This document shows, piece after piece, positions 14,061 through 28,051 of a stretch of 64,000 nt of DNA. Source of the stretch: Eledone cirrhosa (lineage: Eukaryota); contig CAXHJY010000701.1 in assembly GCA_964016885.1 (NCBI GenBank), positions 19,874 through 83,873 on the forward strand. The letters are read 5' to 3'. Positions within the stretch are counted from its first letter, which is position 1. Each line of letters starts with the position of its first letter. The position numbers and the translations under genes were made by a program. Below the pieces are notes generated by a model. That model saw only the letters and a list, made by a program, of their open reading frames with translations, did not search any database and had not been told where the DNA came from.

Positions 14061-14340
14061 TTGCAAATCCAGTATCCAAGATACACCTTCAGCTTCATAC
14101 CCATCATTATTGGAGCTACAGGTTATATACCAACCCGCTTGGACCAAAGTATAACTGAACTTGGATTTGTGGACAAAGAACGCAGCTCCCTAATTCATAG
14201 ACTAAAAAATGGCTGCGATAGTTGGCACCTTCAAAATTTGCAAAACATTCTTGCAATTCAAGGGATGACAATTTCTTTTCTTTTCAGAAAACCTTGCCAC
14301 CAGGGAGGTGTCCGGTAAAAAATATACTCGAAATTAAGAG
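14061..14340 (+). pseudogene. R4/Dong-like (RLE-type) non-LTR retrotransposon 3' end
   Basis: LQIQYPRYTFSFIPIIIGATGYIPTRLDQSITELGF...LIHRLK then, after a frameshift, MAAIVGTFKICKTFLQFKG*; the PIIIGA.G.IP and GT.KI.K.FL motifs are typical of the post-RLE C-terminus. Confidence 0.65.
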
Positions 14341-14929
14341 AAAGAGAAACATGCATACATATATACATACATGCATTCATACACACGTATGTACACACAT
14401 ACATACATATATACATACATGCATTCATACATACGTAAGTACACACATACATATATACTTAAATACATGCATTCATACATACGTAAGTACACACATACAT
14501 ATATACATGCAAACATACATACATATATACATACATGTAGACAGACATACATATATACCTTACGTTCCATTACACCATTTACTATATAAATATATCTGTG
14601 TATTACACACAATATATATATTTTACATGCTAGTATCAGTGTCTATAAGTTGTAAGGGAACGTGTCGAATTCAATGTGTTTTGTCAAACATTAGCTGTTG
14701 ATTTTAACTGGATTATAGCCTACTGTCTCCTGTCCTTCCTGACCGGATTTTCACACACTATCTGTTTCATCGGCCATTTCGTCTATTCTTATAGTATTTA
14801 TCTGTTGATATAACCATTAAATCGTACGAGTAAATTGGATGTACAGACTCTCTACCTGGTTGTTCCACCTGCGAGAAATAACAAACAATTCTCCCTAAAA
14901 TCTCAATCCACAAACTCCCAAACAGAGCC

Positions 14930-15835
14930 CAAAATTGTTGCCCCTGTGTCTAAACAGAAACCAGTATCAGTAGAGGGTTGGACGCCATGCTTTGCAGCAT
15001 AGAGTTACGACACTTTACGGTCTGAGTTCAAATCCCGCCGAGGTCAGCTTTGCCTTTCGTCCTTACGGGGTCCATAAAATAAACAATTATTTTTATCTAT
15101 ATGCGGTGGATTGGCAAAATCGGTGGAGGGTCGGACATAGAGTTACGGCCCTTTACGGTCTGAGGTCAAATCCCGCCAGGTTAACTTTGCTTTTCATCCT
15201 TACTGGGTTGATAAAATAAAGTACCAGTAATGCACTAGGGTAATTGCTGGCCTTGTACCTAAACAGAAATCAGTGAATTGACAGTATCGGTAGAGGGTTG
15301 GACGCCATGCTTTCTAGCATAGTTACGTCCCTTTACAGTCTGAGTTCAAATCCCGCCGAGGTTAACTTTGCCTTTCATCCTTACGGGGTCGATAAAATAA
15401 AGTACCAGTAATGGACTGGGGTAATTGCTAGCCTTGTGCCTAAAGTAGAAACAATTATTTTTATCTATATGTTGGGTGGTGGATTGCAGTATCGGTAGAG
15501 GATCGGACGCCATGCTTTGCAGCATAGAGTTACGGTCTCTAACGATCTGAGTTCAAATTCTGCCGAAGTAAACATTGCCGTTCATGCTTACGGGATCGAT
15601 AAAATAAAGTACCAGTAATGGACTGGGGTAATTGCTGGCCTTGTGCCTAAACAGAAACCATTATTTTTATGTATATGTTTATGTATATTTTTACGCCCCT
15701 TTATGGTCTGAGTTCAAATCCCGTCGAGGTTAACTTTGCCTTTCATCCTTACGGGGTCGATAAAATAAAGTACCAGTAATGTACTGGGATAATTGCTGGC
15801 CTTGTGCCAAAATTAGAAACAATTATTTTTATGTA
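14930..15835 (+). mobile_element. Head-to-tail cluster of about 5 SINE family 1 copies
   Basis: B-box GAGTTCAAATCCCGCCGAGG near 15024, 15163, 15342, 15549 and 15709, most followed by TTTGCCTTTCATCCTTACGGGGTCGATAAAATAAAGTACCAG. Confidence 0.9.
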
Positions 15836-16728
15836 TATGGAGTTGCTGAAACATCGCATTCTAAATTGAATGCAGAAGTGTTGAAACTGTATAATGTTAG
15901 TAGTGATATTTAAATTTAACGTCTGTTTGATTTTTTTCAGATTGGTTATTGAATTATTATGGAGTTGTAATTATCTGACAAGTGAATCCCTCTCAAATCG
16001 TGTGATGAAACAAAAAAATTAGAGTCATTTTAACCTTCCTCCAAAATCCATAAACCTTTTTAAATTCACACCAAGAAATAAATTATAAATCTATGTGAGT
16101 TTAACAGACTTTTCTATATTTAATGGCTACAATGTCTCTTCCATGATGTAATTGTTTTTATTTTCAACAACAAACTGTTTCAGATCATGTCACTTACCAG
16201 ACAAGTGAAACTCGGAAACATGAGGTTGTATAACTAAAATGACTCACATAAATCACGCAAAATACAACACTATAAGGCTATTGTGAAAACAAACAACAAG
16301 GGAAGATGAAAGAAAGGTAACTTAATTAAAAAGAGTTTATCTGTTCAGGTCATTGTTAGAAGCAAATTGATGAGATATAGGTTTTCCAGTAGTAAATTTA
16401 CCATAACGCTCAAACACTGGAAACTATTAAGAACAACAACATATAACAAAATAAATAGAATATACGAAGCTAAAAAACACAAATGAAAACAAAGGAAAAT
16501 AAAATGAAAAAGATTATTTGTAGATTGGTCTGACATTTGAACTAGGTTCAGCTTGATACCAGCTGCCGCTTCCTCTGCTGATCTTTTGGACAAAGTAATA
16601 AATATATAAATAAATATATCATATCGTATTCCAACAAATTTTCAAGAAGGCTAAACTGTTTACTGTTCAATGTGGAGACGGGATGGGACGGTATGGGACA
16701 GGGAAATTTGTTACATACACACATACAC

Positions 16729-16815
<87 letters not shown>

Positions 16816-16925
16816 TATGTGTGTGTGTAGAGAGAGAGAGAGATTTATATATATATATGTATGTATATATATATATAAATATATATATATATTTATATGT
16901 ATATATATATGTATATGCGTATATA

Positions 16926-16963
<38 letters not shown>

Positions 16964-17025
16964 GTATATATATATATATATATATTACACTTACAAACAC
17001 ATACACACACAAACACACACACACA

Positions 17026-17183
<158 letters not shown>

Positions 17184-17367
17184 GTGCTGAAAGAGGAGAC
17201 GCTTCTTATTTGAGTGTATTGAAACATGTACAAGTGAAGGAGTCTTATACCAAATGTTGTGGCTTCTATTATCACTTCTCACTACAATGAATGTCAACGC
17301 TGAAACGGTTTCAAATGACACCAGGAATTTATATTGATTTTGTTTTTCTTATTACTTTCTCGGCTTT

Positions 17368-17497
<130 letters not shown>

Positions 17498-17541
17498 ATA
17501 ATATATATATATGTATAAATATATATATATATATATATTAT

Positions 17542-17611
<70 letters not shown>

Positions 17612-17876
17612 TTTATATATATATAAATATACATACATATATATATATATTGTTTATGTATATAAATACATATATATATTCATAGATATATATTGTTTAT
17701 ATATATATATACATACATACATATATATATTATGTTATTATATATATATATATATATATTATGTTTATATATATATATATATATTGTTTATATATATAAT
17801 TATACATATATATATATATTGTTTATATATATAAATATATATATATATAAATTGATATATATATATATTTATATAT

Positions 17877-18092
17877 AGTGAAGGCGTGTGGCTGAGTGGT
17901 TAGAGAATTGGATTCGCAATCGTAAGGTTGTGAGTTCGATTCCTGGACCAGGCGATGCGTTATGTCCTTGAGCAAGACACTTTATTTCACGTTGCTCCTT
18001 CTACCTGGAGTTGCGACCGATAGATAGTGTTAGCAATTGGAAAGACCAACGGAAACATTGCTCCCTCGGTCCGATTTGACGAAAGTCGATCG
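17877..18092 (+). mobile_element. SINE family 2 (tRNA head plus CORE-like segment)
   Basis: A box TGGCTGAGTGG, B box GTTCGATTCC, then TGTCCTTGAGCAAGACACTTTATTTCAC; tail shared with 42998-43165. Confidence 0.85.
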
Positions 18093-18169
18093 TTTAAGAT
18101 ATATATATATATATATACATATATATATAAATACATACATATATATATATTGTTTATATATATATATAG

Positions 18170-18400
18170 TAATAATAATAAATTTGAAGACTAAAACCCA
18201 AAGAGGGCTCGATAAGGATAATATATATCAAATATATAAGAACCCTAGAGCAAATATTTATTGTTATACTTGGGGAGGGTCATATTTGTGTAATATTGCC
18301 AGAATTAATAACAGAACACACTCACTGTTTGGTTGGTTTTCGCTTTTCGCTTCTGTGTCTTTTATATCGGTTAATTTAATTTATTTGGTCCTCAATGTAT
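18170..18400. mobile_element. Fused family E tail (minus) and family F (plus) modules
   Basis: AAATTTGAAGACTAAAA...GTAGAGCAAATATTTA-like segment is the reverse complement of the E tail at 41840-41930; it continues directly into family F. Confidence 0.7.
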
Positions 18401-18423
18401 ATGCATATTTTGTATATATATAC

Positions 18424-18493
<70 letters not shown>

Positions 18494-18509
18494 TATATTT
18501 ATATATATA

Positions 18510-18709
18510 GGTAAGTTATTCCGGGTTGAATCGGAGGTAACTACAGTAAGTAAGGTACTCAATACATAGCAGAGTATAAAAGTTTTAATATAGATGAGAT
18601 TCTACAGGACTAGAACTCTTTCATTCTTTAGAAATCATCAGGAATCTCCTGATGACTTATAAAGAATGAAACAGTTCTAGTCCTGTAGAATCTCATCTAT
18701 AATAAAACC

Positions 18710-18710
<1 letters not shown>
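18510..18710 (-). mobile_element. Family C fold-back module with two head-to-head HHRs
   Basis: Minus strand 18596-18648: GAGATTC CTGATGA TTTC taaa GAAT GAAA gAG ttctagtc CTGT A GAATCTC; plus-strand mirror copy from 18649. Confidence 0.8.
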
Positions 18711-18762
<52 letters not shown>

Positions 18763-18952
18763 AGTATATATATAAACAATAGAAATATATATACATATAT
18801 ATATTCGTGTTATATATTTCTTTCTTCATGTTGTTAATTTATCTTCCGACGTCCAGAACATTCTTTCTTTCTCACTCATTCCAAACTTAACTCTTTGTCT
18901 TTATCCTGTCCCGCCACACCAACACATTTTCCTCTTTTCTTCCTAATTTCTA

Positions 18953-19036
18953 CAAATAAACAGGGATAATCAAGAAATTCAGACGAAAAGGTAAACACCT
19001 TTTCGTCTCAATTTCTTGATTACCCCTGTTTATTTG
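18953..19036. repeat. Near-perfect hairpin, about 40-bp arms, 4-nt loop
   Basis: CAAATAAACAGGGATAATCAAGAAATTCAGACGAAAAGGT aaac ACCTTTTCGTCTCAATTTCTTGATTACCCCTGTTTATTTG. Confidence 0.9.
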
Positions 19037-19466
19037 CTCCACATCGTGTCCTTACCATCTTCACATTATTCAAAGATTAATACTTTCCAAAACATGTCTT
19101 TTTTTTTCTTCTCATTTGCTAATTTCCTTGACCTTTAAGAAGAAGGATTCTCATGGATGCAAAGAGAAGAAAAAAGACCTGTCAACGAGCGACCTTTAAT
19201 ATTGTTGTATCTTTCTCATAGTTTTTTCTCTGTGTTTATGGCTGTTTTTTCCTCGTGTTATTAGTTTTCATGTTTCTTGTTTCTTTAACAAAACAACTAA
19301 CAGCGAGGACATCGTTGTTTAAATAATAAAACATAAACCTCAGCTCAGTCCCTTTCTATCTCGTGTATTAGTACCAACAAACATATGGAATAGAGTTGTC
19401 AAACTGATTTAAATCATACGGGAAAATATTAGAGAAACGTTTTAGCTATTTGTGTTTTCATAATCG

Positions 19467-19664
19467 CTCTTCGACAGGTTTGCGGTCGAGCCCGTTGCAG
19501 TGGAGACCTCTGGTGTCCTTGGCCCCAAGACCACTTCCCTACTCACTACCATCGGCACGGAGTTGGCTAGCTGCAGGCGTGAACCTCGCTAGCTGGAATG
19601 GCTCTTCCACCACGTCTCTGCCACCTCCGTTCGGCGTAAAGACTTCTCTATTCTGTCTACCGGT
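19467..19664 (+). pseudogene. CRE-clade-like non-LTR retrotransposon C-terminal fragment
   Basis: A frame not in the ORF track reads LFDRFAVEPVAVETSGVLGPKTTSLLTTIGTELASCRREPR*LEWLFHHVSATSVRRKDFSILSTG, resembling the P.A.ET.G..GP...IG...PRE..WL..R.S....RGN..SIL motif; runs into (GT)n. Confidence 0.65.
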
Positions 19665-19999
19665 GTGAATGTGTGTGTGTGTATGAGTGTCTATGTGTGT
19701 GTGTTTATGCGTGTTTGCGTGTGTATATATGTGGGTGTTTGTGTGTGTGTTTAAATTTCTGTCGGTGATTGAGCCGCGTAACTTTATAATTGTAGGAAAA
19801 GAAACTAATTTCTCCAAGACAGTGCTATAGGGTGGCCATAGTGGAATGGCTGGAAACAGTAACAGTATGAAATTAAATAAGACTGAGATGTATATATATT
19901 TGCATGTATATGTACGTGTGCACGTGTATATGCGTATGTGTGTGCATGTGGATATGTATGTATGGTGTGTGTATACGAGTATGTATGTGTATAATTATG

Positions 20000-20039
<40 letters not shown>

Positions 20040-20072
20040 TACTCACACACATATATATATATATATATATTT

Positions 20073-20254
20073 AATATAGAAAAGGGTTCTACAGGACTAG
20101 AACTGTTTCATTTCAGGAAGCCCTTCCTGATGAATTTCCCCGAATGAAACAGTCCTAGTCCTGTAGAAGCCTTTTCTATATTAAATATTTATACTCTGCT
20201 TTGTATTGAGTACCTTACTTACTGTGGTTACCCCCGATTGAACCCGGGATAAAC
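20073..20254 (+). mobile_element. Family C fold-back module with intact HHR
   Basis: 20123-20170: CTTC CTGATGA ATTTC ccc GAAT GAA ACAG tcctagtc CTGT A GAAG. Confidence 0.8.
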
Positions 20255-20303
20255 ATATATACATATATGTATGAGTGTGTATATATATATATATATATGT
20301 ATA

Positions 20304-20675
20304 ATAAAGATCCGAAGGCATGGTATACATTTCCAATCATTTAAATCACTACACATGTTTCAATAAGAGATAGATCGATCGTGCGGTCACGATCGATTAT
20401 CACTGACCTTGTCAGGTGAAAATGAATTGTCTTCAAATCCTTGAAATGAGGGAGAACATTTAACGATGTTCACTCACTCGAGTATGGGGGACAAAACTCT
20501 AGTGAGTGAACATCGTCAAAATTTCTCCCTCATATCAAGGATTTGAAGACAATTCATTTTCACCTTACGAATCAGTGATAATCGATCATTGCCGCACGAT
20601 CGATCTATCACATATTGAAACATGTGTAGTGATTAAAATGAATGGAAATTTATACCATGCCTTCGGATCTTTATT
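20304..20675. mobile_element. Long inverted repeat (about 180-bp arms), each arm carrying an HHR
   Basis: Arms align at roughly 90% by eye. Plus arm: TCAC CTTACGA (20564) long helix II GAAAC atgt GTA GTGA. Minus arm has CTGACAA (20409-20415). Consensus core CTGACGA. Confidence 0.8.
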
Positions 20676-20807
20676 TTGATACAAATACTCAGTTTTACAT
20701 CATCTAGCTGTTCCCATAAATGGAATTGGACATATACAAAAGCATGGAGAACTTAATATTGCTAACAAAAGTTTATTGGACTGTATGACACAACCAATAA
20801 TACACCT

Positions 20808-21113
<306 letters not shown>

Positions 21114-21276
21114 CAGACCCATCGAAACCGGTCATTTTTTATACCCGTTATTATTTCCTTACCTTATAAAATTATATGTTTTTTCACAAAAAAGTATTCT
21201 GTCTCTTATATATTCCATGTGCCATTACCAACCTCAATTTTCTCTATAACCTTCGTTTTGTGTAGAAAATTACACT

Positions 21277-21338
<62 letters not shown>

Positions 21339-21439
21339 TTTAGGAATATTCATTGATTATATATAGGGAATATAATCATTTTTATTATCAACATATCTAC
21401 TACATATAATCATTGCTACACACACATTTAATGTATAAC

Positions 21440-21694
21440 ACACACAATCATTTAAACACACGCATACACACACTGGAAACCACACACCCAGACACACACA
21501 CACACACACTCTGTAAACAACATTGACACACACACACATACTCTGGAAACCGCAGAGACACACACACACACTCTGGAAACCACAGAGACCCCCCCACACA
21601 CACACACTCTGGAAACAACATAGACACACACACACACACACACACTCTGGAAACCACAGAGACCCCCCCCACACACACTCTGGAAACAACATAG

Positions 21695-21726
<32 letters not shown>

Positions 21727-21740
21727 TCACTCTGGAAACT
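21440..21740. repeat. Compound minisatellite (CA)n-CTCTGGAAAC(C/A)ACA
   Basis: About 8 recurrences of CTCTGGAAAC separated by variable CA runs. Confidence 0.85.
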
Positions 21741-22195
21741 TCATCGACTATCACAGAATATGAATGATGACGACCTTAACTATCTGCGTGTGTGTGTGTG
21801 AGCTTGTATGAGTGTGTGTGTGTGTGTTTGTGTATGTGTGTGTGTGTGTGTGAGGTTGTGTGTGTTTGTGTGTTTGTTTGTATGTGTGTAGTGTATGAGG
21901 TGGTGTGTGTGCGAGTGTGAGGTTATGTGTGCTTGCTTGTATGTTCATGCGTGTGTTTGTGTGTGCGGTACGTATGTTGGAGGTACGTATATGTGTGTCT
22001 GAGTGTGTGAGGTGGTGTGTGTTTGTTTGTGTGTGTGTGAGTGTGCGTTTGTGTGTACCTGTTTGTATGTTCGCGCGCGTGTGTGTGTGTATGTGTGAGT
22101 GTGTGTGTGTGTGTGAGGTAGTATGTGTCTGTTTGAGTGTGTGTGTGTGTGTGTGTATATATGTAGGAGTGTGAATGCGTGTGTACGTTTGTAAA

Positions 22196-22246
<51 letters not shown>

Positions 22247-22286
22247 GTAGGAGTGTGAATGTGTGTGTATTTTTTTTAAATGTGTT

Positions 22287-22319
<33 letters not shown>

Positions 22320-22780
22320 GTAGGAGTGTGAATGTGTGTAAATGTGTTTGTGAGTGTGAGTGTGTGTGTATATGTAGGAGTGTGGATATGGGTGTATGTG
22401 CTTGTGTGATACGTGTGCGTGTGTGTGTGTGAGTGTGAGGGCGTGTGTATATGTTGGAGTGTGGATGTGTGTGTATGTGTGTAAATGTGTGTAAATGTGT
22501 ACGTGTGTGTGTATGTGTGTGTGAGTGTGAGGGTGTGTGTGTATATATGTAGGAGTATGTATGTGTGTGTGTGTGAGTGTGTGTGTGTGTTTGAGTATAC
22601 GGCGCATCGGAGTAGCCGGTAAAAATATAGCATTTTACACTACAAAACTTTTAATATATACACTAACACACAGACACACACGCACTTGCACATAAATCAC
22701 TCCAGCACATGTACATATGTGCACACCCGCATGCAACTTCACACGAACAAAAGCACACACACACATTTCTATATTCACGT

Positions 22781-22965
22781 GGATTGGCAGTATCGGAAGA
22801 GGGTCGGACGCCATGCTTTGACGCATAGTGTTACGGCCCTTGCCATTCTGAGTTCAAATCCCGCCGAGGTTAACTTTGCCTTTCATCCTTACGGGGTCGA
22901 TAAAATAAAGTACCAGTAATACACTGTGATAATGGCTGGCCTTGTGCCTAAAGTAGAAACAATTA
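22781..22965 (+). mobile_element. SINE family 1, near full length
   Basis: TGGCAGTATCGG (A-box-like) ... GAGTTCAAATCCC (B box) ... CTAAAGTAGAAACAATTAT. Confidence 0.9.
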
Positions 22966-23106
22966 TATATCAGAACCCTAGTCTGCCGATGCTTACTAGC
23001 TCTATACGGACGTTTAAATTGGTTAAACACTTAAATAAATAATTGAATAAATAAGAGTATGGTGATGATGTTGAAAATGATAATGATGATGGCGGTGGTG
23101 ATGATA

Positions 23107-23137
<31 letters not shown>

Positions 23138-23629
23138 AGATGATGATGATGATGATGATGATGATGTTGATGATGATGAGATGATGATGATGATGATGAG
23201 ATGTGCACACAATCAGTGCTCTCATGTATATATATGTATGTATGTAAGTATGGATGGATGTAACTATGTATGTATGTATGTATGTATGGATGGATGTAAG
23301 TATGCATGTATGTATGTATGTATGTATGTATGTATGTATGCATGTATGTATGTATGTATGTATGTATGTATGTATGTGTGTGTGTATGTATGTGTGTGTG
23401 TATGTATGTATGGATGGATGTAAGTATGTATGTATGTATGTATGTATGTATGTATGTATGTCTGTATGTATATATGTCTATATGTATGTATGTTTGTTTG
23501 TATGTGTCTATATATAAATTATTTTCCGAAGAGGGTCTGGAAAAAGTCATTGTTAAATAAGGTATACAGTACATTCTAAGTATATATCCATCCATCCATC
23601 CATACATACATACATACATACATATATAC

Positions 23630-23707
<78 letters not shown>

Positions 23708-23716
23708 TTGTGTAAG

Positions 23717-23754
<38 letters not shown>

Positions 23755-23758
23755 TATG

Positions 23759-23810
<52 letters not shown>

Positions 23811-23817
<7 letters not shown>

Positions 23818-24205
23818 TTGAGGCTTATTTTACAAAATGAAAAATAACCGAGGTGTCCTACACGAGTGAAAGTATAAAGAAAAAAAGATGAAATCGAAAA
23901 TGCAACTGGAGTCTTATTTAAAAAAAATATATATATATTTATTTGGTTCCTTTACCGGTTTCGGAGTCCTTCTGCTTTTCAAAAGTAGAGTTGAGATGTA
24001 GGGTCTGTGGTTTTTCTCACCAAAAGTAGAGTTGAGATGAAGGGTCTGTGGTTTTTCTCACAGATGTGAGAAAAACCACAGACCCTCCATCTCAACTCTA
24101 CTTTTGAAAAGCAGAAGAACTGCGAAACCGGTAAAGGAACCAAATAAATATATATATATTTTTTTTAATAAGACTCCAGTTGCATTTTCGATTTCATCTT
24201 TTTTT

Positions 24206-24210
<5 letters not shown>
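23811..24210. mobile_element. Family B head-to-head inverted pair
   Basis: Axis at TTTTTCTCACAGATGTGAGAAAAA (about 24060); the left arm has a 40-bp internal duplication; TA flanks. Confidence 0.85.
24101..24136 (+). ncRNA. Minimal hammerhead ribozyme with U3:A8 core
   Basis: CTT TTGAAAA GCAG aagaa CTGC GAAA CCGG TA AAG. Confidence 0.6.
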
Positions 24211-24235
<25 letters not shown>

Positions 24236-24236
<1 letters not shown>

Positions 24237-24414
24237 ACGAAGGAATTGTGGTAGGAACCAGATGGACCATAACGCACCAAAGTACTCAATACTTAGGGTA
24301 GTAGAGTGGGTAATAGGAACAAGTATGACCCCGATGGCAGAGCTCAAGCCGTTTCGACGGCTAATTAGCCGTCGAAAGGGCTTGAGCTCTGCCGTCGGTG
24401 TCAACTTGTTCCTA
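24236..24414 (-). mobile_element. Family A fold-back module
   Basis: Axis GACGGCTAATTAGCCGTC (24356-24373); long arm on the minus strand. Confidence 0.85.
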
Positions 24415-24884
24415 AATATTTATATATATATATATATATAAAGAGTGAGAGAGAGAGAGAGTGGGAGAGAGAGAGAGAGAGACATATGGTCTCCTTATCT
24501 CTAGTGAGACCATGAGACAAGGCAAGTTAGTCATCCATCTATCCACCCATGTATATATCATTCAAGCACTCCATATTCCTAAGACAGAGTTACAGTCCAA
24601 CATTGAGGTAAGATATGATAATGAGTGGCACCAGTGTTGTGGCCCTTGAATGGAGAAAGAGCCGAAATAAATACGAGGGTCTCTCAGGTCACAGGTTCAA
24701 CACAATACACAGGAACTGGTATTGAGCTTAGCGAGGTAACCGAAGAAATAAGTGACAAGTATATCAAGATACTCAAAACACGAAACAAACTCGCACACAT
24801 AAATATATAGCATAAATATTTGTTTACATATATATTTATATATATATATACATGTATGTATATATATATATATATGAGTGTATA

Positions 24885-24944
<60 letters not shown>

Positions 24945-24981
24945 AGTGTGCGTATATATATATATAAATATGTATGTATGC

Positions 24982-25056
<75 letters not shown>

Positions 25057-25190
25057 TGTGTGTGTGGGTGTAATATATATATAAATATATTATATATATA
25101 TATATGCATGTATATATATATACATATATATATATATGCTTATATACATATTTATTTACATATATGTAAATATAGATTTGTGTATATACA

Positions 25191-25422
<232 letters not shown>

Positions 25423-25423
25423 C

Positions 25424-25598
<175 letters not shown>

Positions 25599-25897
25599 TG
25601 TATACACACCTCTTCAACAGTCGGTGTGTTCGCCACATTCATATTCGATCAGCGGATGTTGGTATTTATTAAATACACGAACTACAAAGTCTTCTGAATT
25701 ACTAGTTCTAGGTGATGGGCATATCTGGAACGTCTTTAATTTTAGCTCAAACTTAATATACTTAACCACACAGAGACACATGTAACCAAATATATATATA
25801 TATATAAAATATATATATATATATTTATATTCTTATTGATATACTCTATGAATTCAAATGTATATATATATATATATATATATACACATACATTTGA

Positions 25898-25931
<34 letters not shown>

Positions 25932-25943
25932 GTGTTTGTGTGT

Positions 25944-25980
<37 letters not shown>

Positions 25981-26060
25981 TATTCGTTAAGAAGGGCTTC
26001 AGCCGGTCGGGTGGAATAGGCAAAATGAATAAAAGAATATGTACATACGCGTACACTCAA

Positions 26061-26103
<43 letters not shown>

Positions 26104-26215
26104 CAGTATATATATATATGTGAGGATGTTAATGTCTAAATGCTCTGCAATCAGTGTATTCGCCTGTGTCTATAATTATGTATACACCCAGGCAGAGGCG
26201 AACTCACAAATACCA

Positions 26216-26266
<51 letters not shown>

Positions 26267-26359
26267 GTATATATATGTATAGAAATATATATATTTACAT
26301 ATTTCAACATTTATATATATAACTATATCTATACATATACACACATATATATATGGACT

Positions 26360-26392
<33 letters not shown>

Positions 26393-26406
26393 ATATATAT
26401 GTATGC

Positions 26407-26511
<105 letters not shown>

Positions 26512-26609
26512 AGGAGAGAGAGAGAACGAGAAAGAAATATATAGAAATATATAGATATTTTGATAGATATATACAAACTGTCAAACTTGCGTATGCGCAC
26601 GTGTGTGTA

Positions 26610-26990
26610 TGTATTCATGTATACATATCCATGTATACATATTTATGCATACATATCCATGTATACATATCCATGTATACATATCCATGTATACATATCC
26701 ATGTATACATATCCATATATACATATCCATGTATACATATTTATGCATACATATCCATATATACATATCCATGTATACATATTCATGCATACATATCGAT
26801 GTATACATATCCATATATACACATCTATGTACACAAAATCATGAATACATATCCATGTACACATATTCATGCATACATATCGATGTATACATATCCATAT
26901 ATACATATCTATGTACACATATTCATGCATACATATCCATGTATACATATCCAAGCATAAATATTCATGCATACATATCCATATACACGT
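26610..26990. repeat. 14-bp minisatellite GTATACATATCCAT
   Basis: Direct tandem recurrence with variants. Confidence 0.9.
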
Positions 26991-27379
26991 TCATACATTC
27001 ACGTAGAAAAATACATACTATATGACAACGATTATTTAAAACACAAACCAATAAAAGATATTCTCAAAAATATGAAAATTAGAACGTCTTCTTAATCAAT
27101 AAATAAAAGTGGAATATTTTTTCTTGAAATTATAGGAACTTCCTGCTAGACGTCGTGCTTAGCAATAAATTGTTGTAGTGGTAATAATTTGGATGTCATT
27201 GGAGAATTTTTAAGTTGATGTTTGAATGTAATTTCAGAATTTCAGCACGGAGGTGTGGTGAACAGACATTCAGTAATGGAATCATAATGTTCACCAAGCA
27301 ACATGAATAAGTATGTTGTTGTTTAATATATAACTGTGTTGGTGATGTTTGTGTACGTGTGTGTGTGTGTATGTGTGTG

Positions 27380-27439
<60 letters not shown>

Positions 27440-27559
27440 TGTGTATGTGTGTGTGTGTGTGTGTGTGAGTGTGTGTGTATACGTACACTGTTGTGTGTGT
27501 GTGTGTATATACGTACGTGTGTGTGTGCGTGATGGTGTGTGCGGTTATATATATATATT

Positions 27560-27717
<158 letters not shown>

Positions 27718-27782
27718 TATATACCCATCCACCCACATAGACACAATCACACACGTATATATGCATATATATATATGTATAC

Positions 27783-27821
<39 letters not shown>

Positions 27822-27861
27822 TATATATATTATGCATGTATGTGTATCTTATATATATGCA

Positions 27862-27897
<36 letters not shown>

Positions 27898-28016
27898 CAT
27901 ATCGATATGTATACATATACATACATACAGAAAAACACACCCACAGCCATAGACGCACCTACACACATATAAATACATACATACATATAATATGTATATA
28001 TACATACATACAGACA

Positions 28017-28051
<35 letters not shown>

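Noticed and set aside
17880-17955. tRNA gene
   Set aside because: A and B boxes are present but there is no proper acceptor stem and the sequence continues into a SINE body
24566-24613. Possible micro-exon ending in GAG|GTAAGA (also AG acceptor-like sites near 15940 and 27245)
   Set aside because: Isolated splice-like motifs with no recognisable peptide or partner exons
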